Shown: positions 14,011-27,861 of the stretch, one piece after another
Layout: every line of letters starts with the position of its first letter
How positions within the stretch are numbered: position 1 is the first letter of the stretch
Assembly (NCBI GenBank): GCA_964035545.1
Contig: OZ037767.1
Coordinates: 30,458,628 to 30,522,627 of the forward strand
DNA length: 64,000 bases
Reading direction: 5' to 3'
Source of the DNA: Bugula neritina
Taxonomy: Eukaryota; Animalia; Bryozoa
The notes under the pieces: generated by a model
What the model saw: the letters and a program-made list of their open reading frames with translations, nothing else
Databases searched by the model: none
Told to the model about the DNA's origin: nothing
Position numbers and translations under genes: made by a program

Positions 14011-17000
14011 TTGATCTGATAATGCAGTGGATATATTTGATAGCTTTTCTTATTTATTTATAAATAGCATGGATAGCCGGAGATTGTGTAAACACAAAAC
14101 AAGCTATACTTTTTAAAACCTAAGTCACAGCTATTCCTTTATTCGCATCCCAACATCATATGCATCGCTTTGTCAATCATCATGCTTTTATTCCATGGCA
14201 ATGTAGTGTTATGATTCCCTATTACGTAGCCTCTTAGGGCATTGCTGCTTACTAACTTTAAACTTTGAGGTCTGCTGATGTGCCCAGCTATTTTTCAAAT
14301 GATATTATTTTTATTGCATCACTGATTATTCCATTGACTTTACTCAACTTATTTTAGCTTAAAAGACACCATGATTAACTATGACAACCCAGTAAAGAGA
14401 GATTTAAGTTTTGATAGTATTTTACCATCTCAAATTGATTTGTTACAACTGTAAAGTTTAATATTTAATGCACTTGCTGTGTAAAAATAGATTTCATTTA
14501 ATCATAGAAGCACAAGAAAGGCTTACATCAGAGTGCATCAGAAAAAAATCACAAAATACTTTCATATACTCCTCTGAAAATTTTCGTCTTCTTGAATATT
14601 AATAAACCTTTCTTTGTGAAATAAGATTTCTTTCCAACATAATTACCTTTTTTTAGAGATACTTAATTGCAACTTTAAATGTTGAAAATACAAGCATTAG
14701 TGGTTGTTGCTGTTGAATTGCCATAGCCAGTGCGTCCTCAGATGTAGCCAATCCTTTGTTTGCTTATCTTGTCATATTAATTATTTTATACTATCTCTTC
14801 ATGTGTTTTGTGCTCTCAACTTTTTATGCTGTGCAGTATATTATAATAAAATTTGTTTCATAATTTAAATTTTGGTGTTTATTTATAGAAATAATACATA
14901 TATTGGCAGCATCGATTCCTATTGGTTAAACTAAGACGTATATGTTGCTATGGCTGAATCAGCTCCTATTGAAACTGTTGCTTGGTTTAGAAGGAGTAGA
15001 AAAGTAAACATGATAAAGGTAGTTTTTTGTTTGCACATTGTTCAGGGTGCACATGTATTGTATCACACCATATATTAAAATGCTATTTAATTAGCTCAAT
15101 TCTGCAGCTTGATTGTGCAGTGATAGAAAGATGCAATGCAAACATAAACAATAACATTGCATAATATAAACATCAATACGGTGGTGTGATCTGCACATGC
15201 CTCCCTGGACCCTCAAACATGTTGTGTTTGTAAATAATCTCTGAACTTTGAATAATACACCATATCTATGTATGAATTAACCTGGCCATGCTTGATATTA
15301 CTGAACAGAAATACTTAATAATAGTTTACAGTGTTGCAACACAGACCATAGCAACTTGCAGTATGCGGTTGTGAGTTCACATGTACCTTGCACAGCCATG
15401 CTGGTTGCACATCCGATGTAACACTTCAAGAAAAGAAATATTTGAAAAGTGTAAAGTTTCTGTCCTATTGTTGAAATAGCTGAAAGCTTTGGCTTTTTGT
15501 ATTTATACCTTTATGAAGCATAATAAATATAGTATTTAATATAATTTAATGTGACAAAGCATAATACAGTTTCATGCAACTTAATATAGCGTGATACGAT
15601 ATGCTGTAATGTAACGCTATATAAAATGATGTAATATCTAAGATAATGAAAGCCGGAGCAAAATGTTAATTCAATAGATAAAAAAGTTTATAATATGCTT
15701 TTAAAGTCTTGAAAGTCAGAAAAGCTTTAAATAAATTAAAACTGACAATTATTACAATATTACAGGAGATGGGCAATGTTTCAAAATTCCAAGAAGCAAT
15801 TGTGCAACTTTTTTAAATTAGGAAAACGTAAATGGAAGCCATTTGCTTAAACACTTAGTTTTTAACATTAAATAAAACAAAAAATAAAAATTCTATGAAA
15901 AAATCAATACACAAATCTCTGGGAAAAACTATTGAATTACTAATTGATAACTATAAATTAAATTGTAAAAGAAAATATTGAATTTAGGCTGATAAATATA
16001 ATACATGTATTCCAAGTATAAGTTGTATGATAAAGAACTCAGCTTATGGATAAAAGCTAGGTATATTCCAATTAGTTTGCATGTTGCTAGCCTTATAGTA
16101 TTTCAGTTTAGGCATATTCTCTAATTACATAATAAATAATAATAAATATTATTTAAACATATACCTAATAAAATTTGAAAAATTCTTATAGAAACCATAA
16201 TTAATTTCAAAGTAAGAAAAGTACAAAATTTTTCAAAAATGCGCTCCATTTTATTTTTCACCAGGTTTCTTTTGCTATTATGTTATTAAAGCATTTCCAT
16301 GTTATATAAACTACGGATAGGTTAAGGTATTGAGAATTTATATTATATAATAATTTCCTTATGAATAAGAAAGTCATAATTTTTGTTTCAGTCTAAATAT
16401 AACTTGTGGCAGTGAGTTTTTTATCACTCGCATGTATTTTGCAAACTGGGTGACCAATATTTGTTTTGTATAATTGAATACCTTTATTCAATGTATAAGT
16501 CATAACAAAGTTTTGGTTGGTAGATAGTTTGTTTAAAGTTTCAACAACCAATAAGCACAGCAAAAATGCAACAAGCTTACTTCTTAGAGCATTGCTACTT
16601 TTGCTCTTTTTAGGGAGTAGTGCAGCCCAACCCACAATCAATCTGTACGAGGGGGGGGGCTGAAGCTATGAGTTATGAGCGAATGTTTAAATAAGTAGTT
16701 TTGCAATATTGTGACACTATATCCTAGCTCCTAAGTAAATATTATGGTTATTCATTGAGATTACACTTGATTTTAAATTACAGTCTACAAGTAAAAATAA
16801 TAAGTTACAACGTGACTTTTAATATTGAATGCCTTGATATCCTTTGATGATGCAAACAGCAGGTAATCACTGGAGTGTAGAACAAATTAGATTCTGAGAC
16901 AGTAGCTCACTGAATTTATCTTAAGTCTGAACTAAAAACCTCTGCATTATAAATTATTCTTCAAATCTTTATAGATATCTCAGCATGTTTATTGCTGAAA

Positions 17001-18093
17001 CAAATATGTTTAAACTGTTACTCCTGCTATTTACACCATACACCAACAACTATTAAAAAATGCAATTTTTTTTTAAGATCTTCACTAACTGCCCGCAAAG
17101 TTTATATAAAAGGGTAAACGTTACTGCCTTAAATAATAATAATTGATTTAGGAAACTAAAAATGAAAATTGAACAATTATTTTACATAATGTTTGTACTT
17201 GTAGCGGAAATGACTCAAAAAATTGCACAACATGAAAAGAATTGAGTGAAACAATGAAAATATAAAATATGTAATATGAGGTTTGCAGTACCTCTTGAAA
17301 ACTAGTCTTAGCAAACTCAAAAGCAATAAGCAAATGGTATATTGAAGATTGTTATTTCAGAAGTTAAGAAGCATCGCGTTAAAAAAATTTCAACTTAGTT
17401 AAAAACCTCAATTGCAAGTAATAAATAGAAAATTTCGTGTTCAATGGTTGGCGCTTTTTTATTTACTACGAACTTAAGAACATTTCTAAACCTGGTTTTC
17501 ATTTGAACAAGTTAATTGTTCGTATTTGGAGTACATACTTTGGCTAGACAATGAATGCAAACTTCTTAACACCTATAATCTGTAAACATATGCATGCCCT
17601 AGTATGAAGCACTAGAAATTTGCAAACAAATATTAATTATTTAAAACTATTTTATTATAGTAGAAATATTTTGCAAAGATAGTTTTTATGCAGCATGTTT
17701 ATCATTTCAACTCAACTATAAATAGTTTTGTAGCTTCAAACACCAAGAATTGTTGTTTGTCTTTTCTGTTCAAAACTCAAATATTATTATTTTTTCCTAA
17801 CTAAACTTATGAAATCAAAAAGCTGCCAATTTCATATGCTAAACAATATATTTGAAACCATTAAAAAAACATAGGTAAATACTGGTAAAAATGAATCTAA
17901 CTAAAAACGTAAGACAATTAAGAAAAAAGTAACACTAAGAGTAGCTTCAAATTTACAAAATAGTAGAAAAAATTCCATAGTCCGTTGAACATTTCCAAAG
18001 TCAGCAAACAGAATCTAAATTCAGTTTCAGAAACTTGAGTTCAATATTTGAAAAAAGTTTCATCATTAAGAAATTTAGAAACTTAGAAAGTGT

Positions 18094-21000
18094 TTAGTTG
18101 CAACTGCTGTGAACAACAATGTGAACAGTTTGGGGTTTCCCGATTTGGTGCATCTTTCTCACCACTTGCTCATTGTCAAGGGTCATCTCAGCATCTGAAA
18201 CAAGAATTGTGGATATAATATATATTGCAACTGAGACCACTATTTGCTACGACTAGTTATAATCCCATTTGTTCAGTTGGCAAAGTTTCTGGTAGGAGAA
18301 GCTTGCGTACCTTGCATTAAAGGAATCATGCTGATTTGTTGAGCAACTTTCTCGGAGATGCAGCTCACTTCCAGAACTTTCATTTGCATAGTTTTGTGAG
18401 AACACTGGTTAGAACAAACAAGTTGGGGCTCTCTGGTGACGCACCTCATCATTTGGTTGTTGTCTCTGACACTCCTCACAAGCTAAACAAAGTTATAAGC
18501 AAAAATTAATAAATTAGTAAGTCAATAAAATAATTTCTGACACATCAATTACATGCATTGCTCTAACAGCCGTACATATCTTACCATGTATGTGTGTTTT
18601 GATTGACAAAAGTCATGGCTTCGCTCTTCCATAGTGTCCAGGCCAATGTGACATCCTCTACCAATAACTGAGTGTCTTCTGGTAAGATCCATGACTGTCT
18701 CCAAGGAAGGGTGGGAGGGCAGAGAAGTAGATGGAGAGCACATTCCACAGACGGTGCTTGCGCTACTTTCATCCATCTGAGGTAGAAAAACAGACTTTGA
18801 TTTGAGGTACTAAGTCAAAAGATTTGCCAAGTCTTGTTATATTGTTGCTATACAAGCTTCAAGAGAATAATACTACAAGTTTAATTGCAGAAGACGCTCT
18901 TATTATTGCTTTTACTTGAATCAATAGAAATTACGACATTGTACTTGTAGTGTACTCGGTATAAGTTGCTAAAGCTAACAAATAAAACTGAAACTAAAAA
19001 GTGAAACTAAGACTAACAAAGTGAAACTACCTCAATAGTGAGTTGTGATTGGTCCAGTACTATCTGGGCTCCATGTTCATTACAGTCAACCTCCAATGTA
19101 GCTCCTTGCCATTTAATTAGAGCTACTTGTCTCCCCTGTTCAATGATTGGCTTGTTTCTGAGCTCATCAGCAGTGTAAGTCCTTCCATCAATTGCAACAT
19201 TCATGATCCTGTTCTGGGTAGTCTGCACTTGGATCATGTGGCTACCAACAATTACCTTCAGCACCTGAATACAAGAAACAAGCTAATTAACCCAACAAAA
19301 GAATAAAAAATATAAGGATTGTGACTATACTGTTGCTTGGCAAAAGAATACTCAAACCAAAGCATTAATAGAATCATCATTTTAAATACAGCTTGCAAGT
19401 TTACAAATTTCAAAGAAAACTTATACATTACAAGGTGTTCAGTAGCTTAGCAAAAGTGGCAATCATGAAATGAAGAGACATACTTTTGGTAGGGTGGAGT
19501 CAGTGGCGGGCTGGACAGTGACAGCAAAGTCAAGACTATGTCCCTGGCAGCTCCCAACCAGTTTGATCTCACAGGAGGTTCTAGGGAGAACCACATGCTT
19601 GGAATCGAAGGTCAGCAAAGATGGGTAGTTGTAAGTGCACACAGCTAAAACAAAACATGAAACATATGCGAAATGCTCTATGATAAAAAAGTAGCTTTAA
19701 AAGATAAATGTGATGAAATTTTCAATGTGCAAAATTAAGCAAGTTAAATAACTTTTTTAAAAATATTTGAAATTTTAGCACTTTTGCAAATTCAAATTTC
19801 ATGATTTAATAACTAAACTTTATGTCTTTAATGAATCAAATTTATCTATCAAATTATATATTATAATATATATATATATTACATACACAATGCAATACAC
19901 ATTTTAATGTATATAATGCATGTGATATACAATATATACATATTATTAAGCAAGCATCATTGTGCTAAAAAGTTGTACAAATAAAGGCTTAAGGAATATA
20001 AAGCATAGGTCTCTAGCTTGCTAAAAGTACTAAAACATACATCCAGATGCTTGCATGAAGCTCTCTTGGGGTCTACGAGTAGTACGAGTGCCGATAAAAG
20101 ATCTAGAAAGGCGACTGGTCGAGTTTAGTTGTCTATTCTCAGTGATGTGCTGATGGATCTTAGTGACCGTTGGAGCGTGAATTCTGGAGAACTTGCTGAC
20201 GTAGTTATCTTTCCTTACAATCACATCAACCTGTATTTGAACAAGTATAGTGAAGAAAGCGAAAGGAGTTGACAAAGTTACTAATATCAAATATAAAAAC
20301 ATATTTTATGATGAAGAAAATAGCTTACGTTGTTTTCCATTGGTCTCACAACTACATCGACATCTAGCGAGTTTTCACCAGATCTTCCTTCTTGGCTGGC
20401 GAACACAAACACAGACTCGGCAGCGTTCATGAGAACAGTGGAGATTCTTTCGCTGGTTTCAGGTGAGAATTCAGTGTTCTTTGTTTCAACATGAAGAGAG
20501 TTGTTGTACCACATTGGGTAGACAACTCCGTACTCATCTTTACACCCATAGGCTGAAGTTTCGAGACACTGGTTGTTCTTGAAGATGGGTCTAAGTCTGA
20601 GAGTAGCCTGCAGTAAAACACAAGCACAACAATAATTTCTGCTTATGGTAAATAAATTAATTGAACAAAGAATAAACATGTTATCGTAATTCATACTTAC
20701 AGTCATTCCACGTTGTTCAGGTTGAGATTTGGGTCCCCAACTGATTTGGTGAGATTGAGAGATCTCTCCACTCTCCATAGACAACGTACTGGTGATTTGA
20801 TTAGTGAGTTGAACACTTTCTCTCTCAGACTCAGATGTGATTGGTGGGCGTTCCATGCGCAGAAGTGAATGGATTATGGGCTGGTCATGCTCAATGTGAG
20901 TCGTATAGTTGGCGGACATGTTGAGAACTTGGTTGTCGAGAACAGATGCTACGCTGACAGACAAATCAAGGCCAAGAGAGGAAGGTGGTGTCTCGGGACG

Positions 21001-24000
21001 ATTCCTAAAGCAATGGGAAATAATTAGCTGCTGGCTATAAGTAAAATTAATTGAATAAAATAGTTATTTTGTCTAGGTAGAGCTGAGCTTACCATTGACT
21101 GGGTGTACGCTCTCGTCGGTAGAACATGTTAAGATATTCCTCGTCAGATAGTTGCTCTTCTGGTCTCATAACACCATCTTTTTGTTGAAGTTCAGATACA
21201 TTGAGGAAACGGGCAATAAGATGAGTGGCAACCACTCTAATTTCAGGTTTAGCTAAAAAAGAAAAACACTTTATTAACAATAGCCATCTTGGTATAAAAC
21301 AAAGCTACAACAATATGTAGAACAAATCACAAGAGAAAACATTACCTGGTCGAACTCTTAGCTTGATGTGCTGTTTGTATGTAGAAATATAGGTAGGGAG
21401 GAGTTGCAGCCTGTCTCTAACAAAGGAGACAAGTTCTGGCATGTTAACGTCACCTTCAAGCTACAAAACAAAGTAATGTTTGTGTACGGGACATCAGCCA
21501 AAAACAGAACATCTCTGAAAGAAATCTTTGAAAATTCTTACCTTTCCTTCCATCTCAACACTTTTGTAGGTTGGTATATCAACATTAAACTGTCTTCTGC
21601 CTGACTCATCAACTTTCAGCTCTTTGCAGACATCAGCATAGCGAGTGGAGGTCACAGGAAGTCTCTTTGGTTGTACAAAGGTCACAGAACGGGCCATCAG
21701 CTCTACAATGCTGTCCTTCTGCTACAACAAGAATAGCAGATTAATATTTGCTAATTGCTATAAATTCCTTCACTTATTACATATACATGTATATAAATTA
21801 TTTGTAAAAGACTAAAAAGTTGAATATAAATTTCAATAAATATTTCTCTTTAATATAATAATACGTTCTGCAGCAAGCCTCACATTGTTTCCAGGGTTGG
21901 TCCAGTTGAGAGACAAGTAGTTATCTTGCATGTTGTAGTGAATCACATGTCTAGGGGACTCGGTGTAGGTTCGAGCGCGTATTGAGCTTACAAAACCAGT
22001 TGCAGCAAATCCAGTATCGAAATGAACACTGTACTGAGTAGATACACTAGCTCTAAAAACATACATCTGCATTGTCAATGCAAGCAATTACAGAAGTAAT
22101 AAAAAAGCGCAGTCGCTAAGTAAATATAATTATATAGTCTACAAATTTGCTACATTATAAAAGAGTGAATTGTAGGTTTGCTTTAGCTTAATCTTGACAT
22201 TTTGTGACCGGCTATAGTTGGCGTTCTAAACTTTTTACCTGATTCGTTTGGTGGATTCAAAAGTAACAGTTGGCAATCTATCAACACTTGACAGGTCAAT
22301 CTTCAATGTTCCTTCAATATCGATGATTGCTACATGAGCATGTACTTCTGTCATGTATCCACCACTTGGCTGCAAGCTTCGTACACGTCTTGGCTGTAGC
22401 CACATTGTGGTGAAAACTTTCACTGGAATGTTGATTTCTCCAATACCTGAATAATCTGAAAACAATATAAATTATATGTTGTCTTAATATAGCCTAATGA
22501 AGTCAGAAAAATGGCAACAGCATTAAAAAATGGACCAGAGGGAATAGACTGCACCTCTTAAAGTTTATATAATTACTGCACTAATGTAAAAACACATTTT
22601 TTTAGAATATAGATTATCACAAAGCTAATTATTTAAAGTATCAATTACTAGTTTGATTAATAAAAGCAGTGCATTTAACCTACACATTGCTTATAGCTCA
22701 GTAATCACCTTTGCAGAATATTAATTAAGATTACAGTACCAAAAGTTCCCTTTGGTCATAGCCAATGAGATTGGTTTTAATGTAACTTAAAGTAGTGAGT
22801 CGTGACATTGGCCTAGACTGCTTTCCTGATAGTTTAAATACTTACGGAAGTATCTCATCTGCTTTGCCAGAGTGGTAGAGTCAACATGGAAGAAGGATAC
22901 TTCTTGTCCCAAAATCCTAACAAAGAAGGTGATAGAGGGCTTGGCTTGTGACACTTGGTGCCTTTGCCACCAGTGGGTTTGCATAGAACTTGGTCTCTGG
23001 TTTTGACTCAGTCCTTCTGCTCGATATCCCAACTAGAGAATAGAATGACACAGTTAGGAATGATTAAGCTGGACTAGCTGTGATAACAAATTTCTATTTT
23101 GCAGAAAATATACAAAGCTTGTAATAATACCTCAACAAGGTGGTTGTATTGGTTCCTCAACTTGGAGTACTGTCGGATAGAGAAATATTCTGGAACTTCC
23201 TGTCTGCTGGTATCGACTTCACTCAGTTTGATCAGGTCTCCATCAGGTCCAACTCCATACAGAATCTGCCAATCGGTGGTTCTCTCAGACATGCGGAAGG
23301 CGCGAACGCTCTGCAGGGTGTCTCTAACTCTCATTTGACTAAAAATTAAATCTCAGATATTCAAGAATAATTGTGCTTAAGTAAATATTTCATTCTGTCA
23401 TCTGGTGTCAGATTTTTGCTATAGAAGTAAGTGTCTTCAACACATCAGAAAGTACATACTGCAGCTGATTCCTGACTTCTCCTTTTTCTAGAACATTCTT
23501 CATGTGTTTGACAACGAATGTCTTGAACTCAATATCTTGTTCACTGTTCAGAGTCTTCTGTAACTCAACTAATGGTGTGACAGATCGGCATTTCATCAGC
23601 ATTACGAAGGCAGCAACTCTGACTGAGGTCTCTTCATTTCTGTTCATCATGATTGGCATAAGAGTCTGTAGAACCTGAGAATACAAGAAAAAGTAAGTGA
23701 ACAGCTGTAGTACTATTGACTTCACAACAACTGAGTGCATTGCTTGATACGTGGACACTCACTTGGAGTTGGTCTTGGAATCCGAGGTTGGTCAGAGAGT
23801 TGATGGCCTCAATTCTTACAATATTAGACTCGGTGCTTGCCAAACGGTTTCTAATTACAGAAGCAAGGCTTGTGATGCTCCCCATGTTAGCAAGTGACTT
23901 CAGGCATGTGATTTTCTCTTCGTCATCTTTGGCGGCATCCAGACGTCCCTCAAGGTACTATAATAAAGTTAATTAGTCAATGCTATATAAACAATAACCA

Positions 24001-27000
24001 TTTTAGTATAATGTTTGGATGCTGACAAATTGCAGTGTAAAATATATAATAATAAATTTTGATTTTAAAGACAAATTCAATACCTTGAAGTGAGTGTTAC
24101 AGCTGTCAATAATAGCTTGATGTCTAGCTTTGTCAGCAGGTAAAACGCATTGATCAATCATGATCTCTTCATTGTGAATTAACCTTCTCACCATGGCACC
24201 AAAACAAAGCATAGCATGGCGATGAATAGTGGTGTCTATGGGGGCAGCAATATAGGACTGAGGCAGCAGAGATGTCTAAAACATGAATTAATTGTGTTTA
24301 TATATATGTATATTATATATTGCTTTATATATGTACATACAGCTGATTTCAATACTATATTACTAAAAACTATGAAATTAAGGAAATTTTCAGCCTGCAG
24401 TTGCTACTCCTGGACTAACCTTGAGTTCGTTGATAATCTCCAATGTTGCTACTTTCTCAGCAGCCCATTGGATCAGAACTGCAGTGGCGTCATAGGTCTT
24501 CAATTCACCGCTCTTAATCTTCTCAATGAGCATCTTGTCTACCACAGTTGTGTTGGCCACTTTCAGTGCATCTACCAGAGTTTGCCTAAAATCAATAAAG
24601 TTATACCAACTTTTTTTGACTCGTAGAATTATGTAACCTATTATTTTATGCAGCAGTAAAAGTTTTTGATGTGAATGAAGCCTAAAAATTATTATTATAA
24701 GCTTAAAATATAATTACAAAAAACTGGCAGGTATATGCAATAAGTTTATTAAAAGGAGGATTTACAAAACATAAGGAGATTACAATATAGATGTAACTAT
24801 TGTTTTAGAAATCTAATTTTATGATAATAAAACAGCTACTGGGGAGACAATTACTCACATGCGCTTTCGCATGGCGGCATCAGCTTTCAACTTGTTGAAG
24901 ACCTTGTCTAGCTGGGGTCGAGTACACAGTCTAACGTTCTCTACCAACTGAGGGAGCAGCACCAGGTGGTCATCCAATCTCTCAGGTTGAGTGCTCACGG
25001 TCTCTACCTCTTCCAGCTGTTTCTCTATCTGTAACAGCCATACTGGGTTACCACAGTGTGGCGCATTCACATAACACGATATGCTACAGACTATATGCAG
25101 CATAGTATAAGCTATGTGGCATTTGACAGGGCAATTGAATTGTTTATGATTGCTATTTCCTTATTTGTTCTTTGTATTTGTTGAAAAAAGTTTGCTTTAT
25201 AGAGAAAATTGAAACAGCGTTAGAAATGACAATAAATGATACAGCACAATGTAATCGCATGACTTACTTGTTCAATAAGTTCAGCTTCATTCATCATAAG
25301 CTTCTCCTCCTCTCTGGGCAGAACTTCCATTCTCCATGGTTCAGCAACTGGTTTAGAAGCTACTCTAGTTTGGTGGTAGGAAGGCCCGGGGGTCTGGCTA
25401 GTCAGAACGAGAGTATGGTTAGAGGTAATGAGAAGGAATTCATGCGGCTTGTGGGGAGCCTCAATCTTGAGCTGAACGGACATGACAGCTCTCTTGATGA
25501 CCAACTTGTTCTGGTCGGTTGAGGTAACTTCATATTCGGTTCGTGAAGAGGAAAACCCCTGCAACAGCACAACATTATGACTGGAAGCTATATGAATAAG
25601 TAGAACTTAAAATATCACACTACTGACTACTTGTGCAACAGTTCTCCTCTTGTTTAGCTTATGTTTCTAAAACCCGTTTTAATCAATTGTTATGAGACAA
25701 GTGTGTAACTAGCCAATTTCTTATAGTGTGACTCAATTAGAACCCAGGCTGGTGTTTAGCACCACAAACACCAATACACTGCATGCTTTAAGTTGTGAAA
25801 TTTGCTTCAAATAGAAAATTTAAGAAAAGCTTACAAGCTGAGTAGAGTTCCAGTAGCTGGAGACGGGAGTACACTGGCAAGCCTTGTTGTCCATGTTTTG
25901 GCGACAGTCACAGTTACTCTGTTGCTGTTGGAAAGCGGTTTTGTCCACAACGTTCCTATTGATACACTTGGTTTGGTCTCGCACTTTGATGACCTGCAGA
26001 TAGTCCATAATATACATTCAGAAATCAAAACACAAGTCAACATATACTCATCATCACGCATTAAAATTTAAGATTTGGCAAATATCCGCAGTGCTACTTT
26101 GTACAGAGGTAAACAGAAACAATGACTCACACTTATGCCTATAAGCAAATGAGTTAGCTTACCCCATAGGTGTTTGCTGGAGCGCTCTCGTTGACATAAG
26201 TATGGAAGGTGCTGTAGCAAGTGCCTTCAAGTCCAGACTAAAAAGAGGAAGAATCGCAGGCTAGAGAATATAATATTGTGATTTTACTAATATTGCATTC
26301 TGTCCTATACTGCTGTGGAGACCGATATTATCTTAGTTTTTGAGTGATTATGATTGTTTTACAGTCAGACCTAGTAATTCAATATTTCTATTTTAAACTT
26401 ACCTCTACATCGTCAAAAGTGGTGGCGTTCTGGCTGGAGAGATCACTGAACTTCAGCCATCTGTCAACTCGGGGAGTCTTTGACTGAAGTCGCACTTGAA
26501 GCATGGAGAGGACAACTCTCTTGATGTCAATAGACCAGTTGGTTTCTCCATCAGCAATCTTCATGCTCACCACCTTGTTATCTTTGTATCTGAAACAGAA
26601 TGTTAACCAATTGAGAGACTATTAGAATACTACACAACAGCAAACCATGTGCCATCACCATAACATTTCCTCGAACCATTCATGGAACACTTGAACATTA
26701 CTGATCTTTGTATTACTGATAGTACGGCAGAACTCACTCAAACTCCAGAGGGAGTTGGAGTTTTCCAACAATCAGCTGAGATTCAGCTGAAGGCATCTCC
26801 TGGAACTTGCTGACAGGGAGCTGCATAGATGGAGGAAGGAAGAAGACTTCCTGAATCTCATTGTTCATGGTGTAGAGTTTTACACTCTTCATCTACAATG
26901 TACCAGTCGCTAATAAAGTACAGAAGGCTGAAATGCTTATACCAATCTTAGTTTAAAACACTGAGAATTTATGGAAGTTTCAGTTTTCTACACTATTTTT

Positions 27001-27861
27001 AAAAGTTGATTAGAAGATATAATGAAGTTTAGAAATATTACCTCCATGGTCATCCAATCAGCACTGCCAACAGTGAGAGTCAGGTCACATCTGATTTTGA
27101 TTCCAGCATATTGTTTGCTGAAGGTTGGAAGTCCAGTCATGACTTGAGATTCATATTGGTATTGGTAGACAGTTCCTGGTTCATATCCTGTTGGTGGAAA
27201 AACAATTATGTATTTATGGAACTCGGTAACAATATAGAAATAATTGTTAAATTAATTAATAAAAGTTGAGGGTTTGCAAAAGTAATTTCGAGCCATAATA
27301 AATTGCATCAAATAAATAACTTGTATTTGCAAATAATATATTTAGTTAACTTGAAGCATCAAAATTTAAAACTTAGACATATACTAAGAACTCACTCGTG
27401 TCGGAGGTTTGAAGGGGTTGGAAATTATGGCGCCCATAGAGGTCAGAACTGCGTCTTGTTGACCAACACATGGCTGTGAACAGAAACATAGAAATGTTAT
27501 AAGTAGGAAGTAAACTTAGTAAGAAAACAAACGGTGAAGTTAAACGTTAACAAGCATTTATTAATATTGCAAAATTTTTATTCCACCAAGAAATTTAAAT
27601 AATTTTACCGAAACATTCAACACTATTGATTGTATATTTTTGAATAAAATCTATGGAAATCATAAATAGAAAGTCTTTTAAAGTTGTTACAAATGAGTGA
27701 AATGCTCATTTAATACATCAATTGAAATAAACTACAGTCTAGTGCAATAATATTGCATTTTCTGCTAGAAAAACTTACATTTATCCAAACACTTTTCAAC
27801 AATAAAGAATAGTTATACACTTACATGTAGCCACAAGGGCAGTGAGTATGAGTAACTTCAT
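18094..27861 (-). CDS. vtg: Vitellogenin-like LLTP gene, copy C (complete, 28 coding exons, about 1650 aa)
   Basis: ATG 27861, TAA 18096-18094. Paralogous exon by exon to copy B: MKLLILTALVAT..., RYEPGTVYQYQYESQVMTGLP, EETSVRVAAFVMLMKC, VWD (VCTYNYPSLLTFDSKHVVLPRTSCEIKLVGSC; TVCGMCS), last exon DAEMTLDNEQVVRKMHQIGKPQTVHIVVHSSCN*. Confidence 0.9.

Noticed and set aside
4992-26071. Plus-strand ORFs overlapping the vitellogenin genes (e.g. 6977-7288, 10313-10642, 24216-24626, 25172-25522)
   Set aside because: They are antisense shadows of real minus-strand exons, with no recognisable motifs or splice structure.
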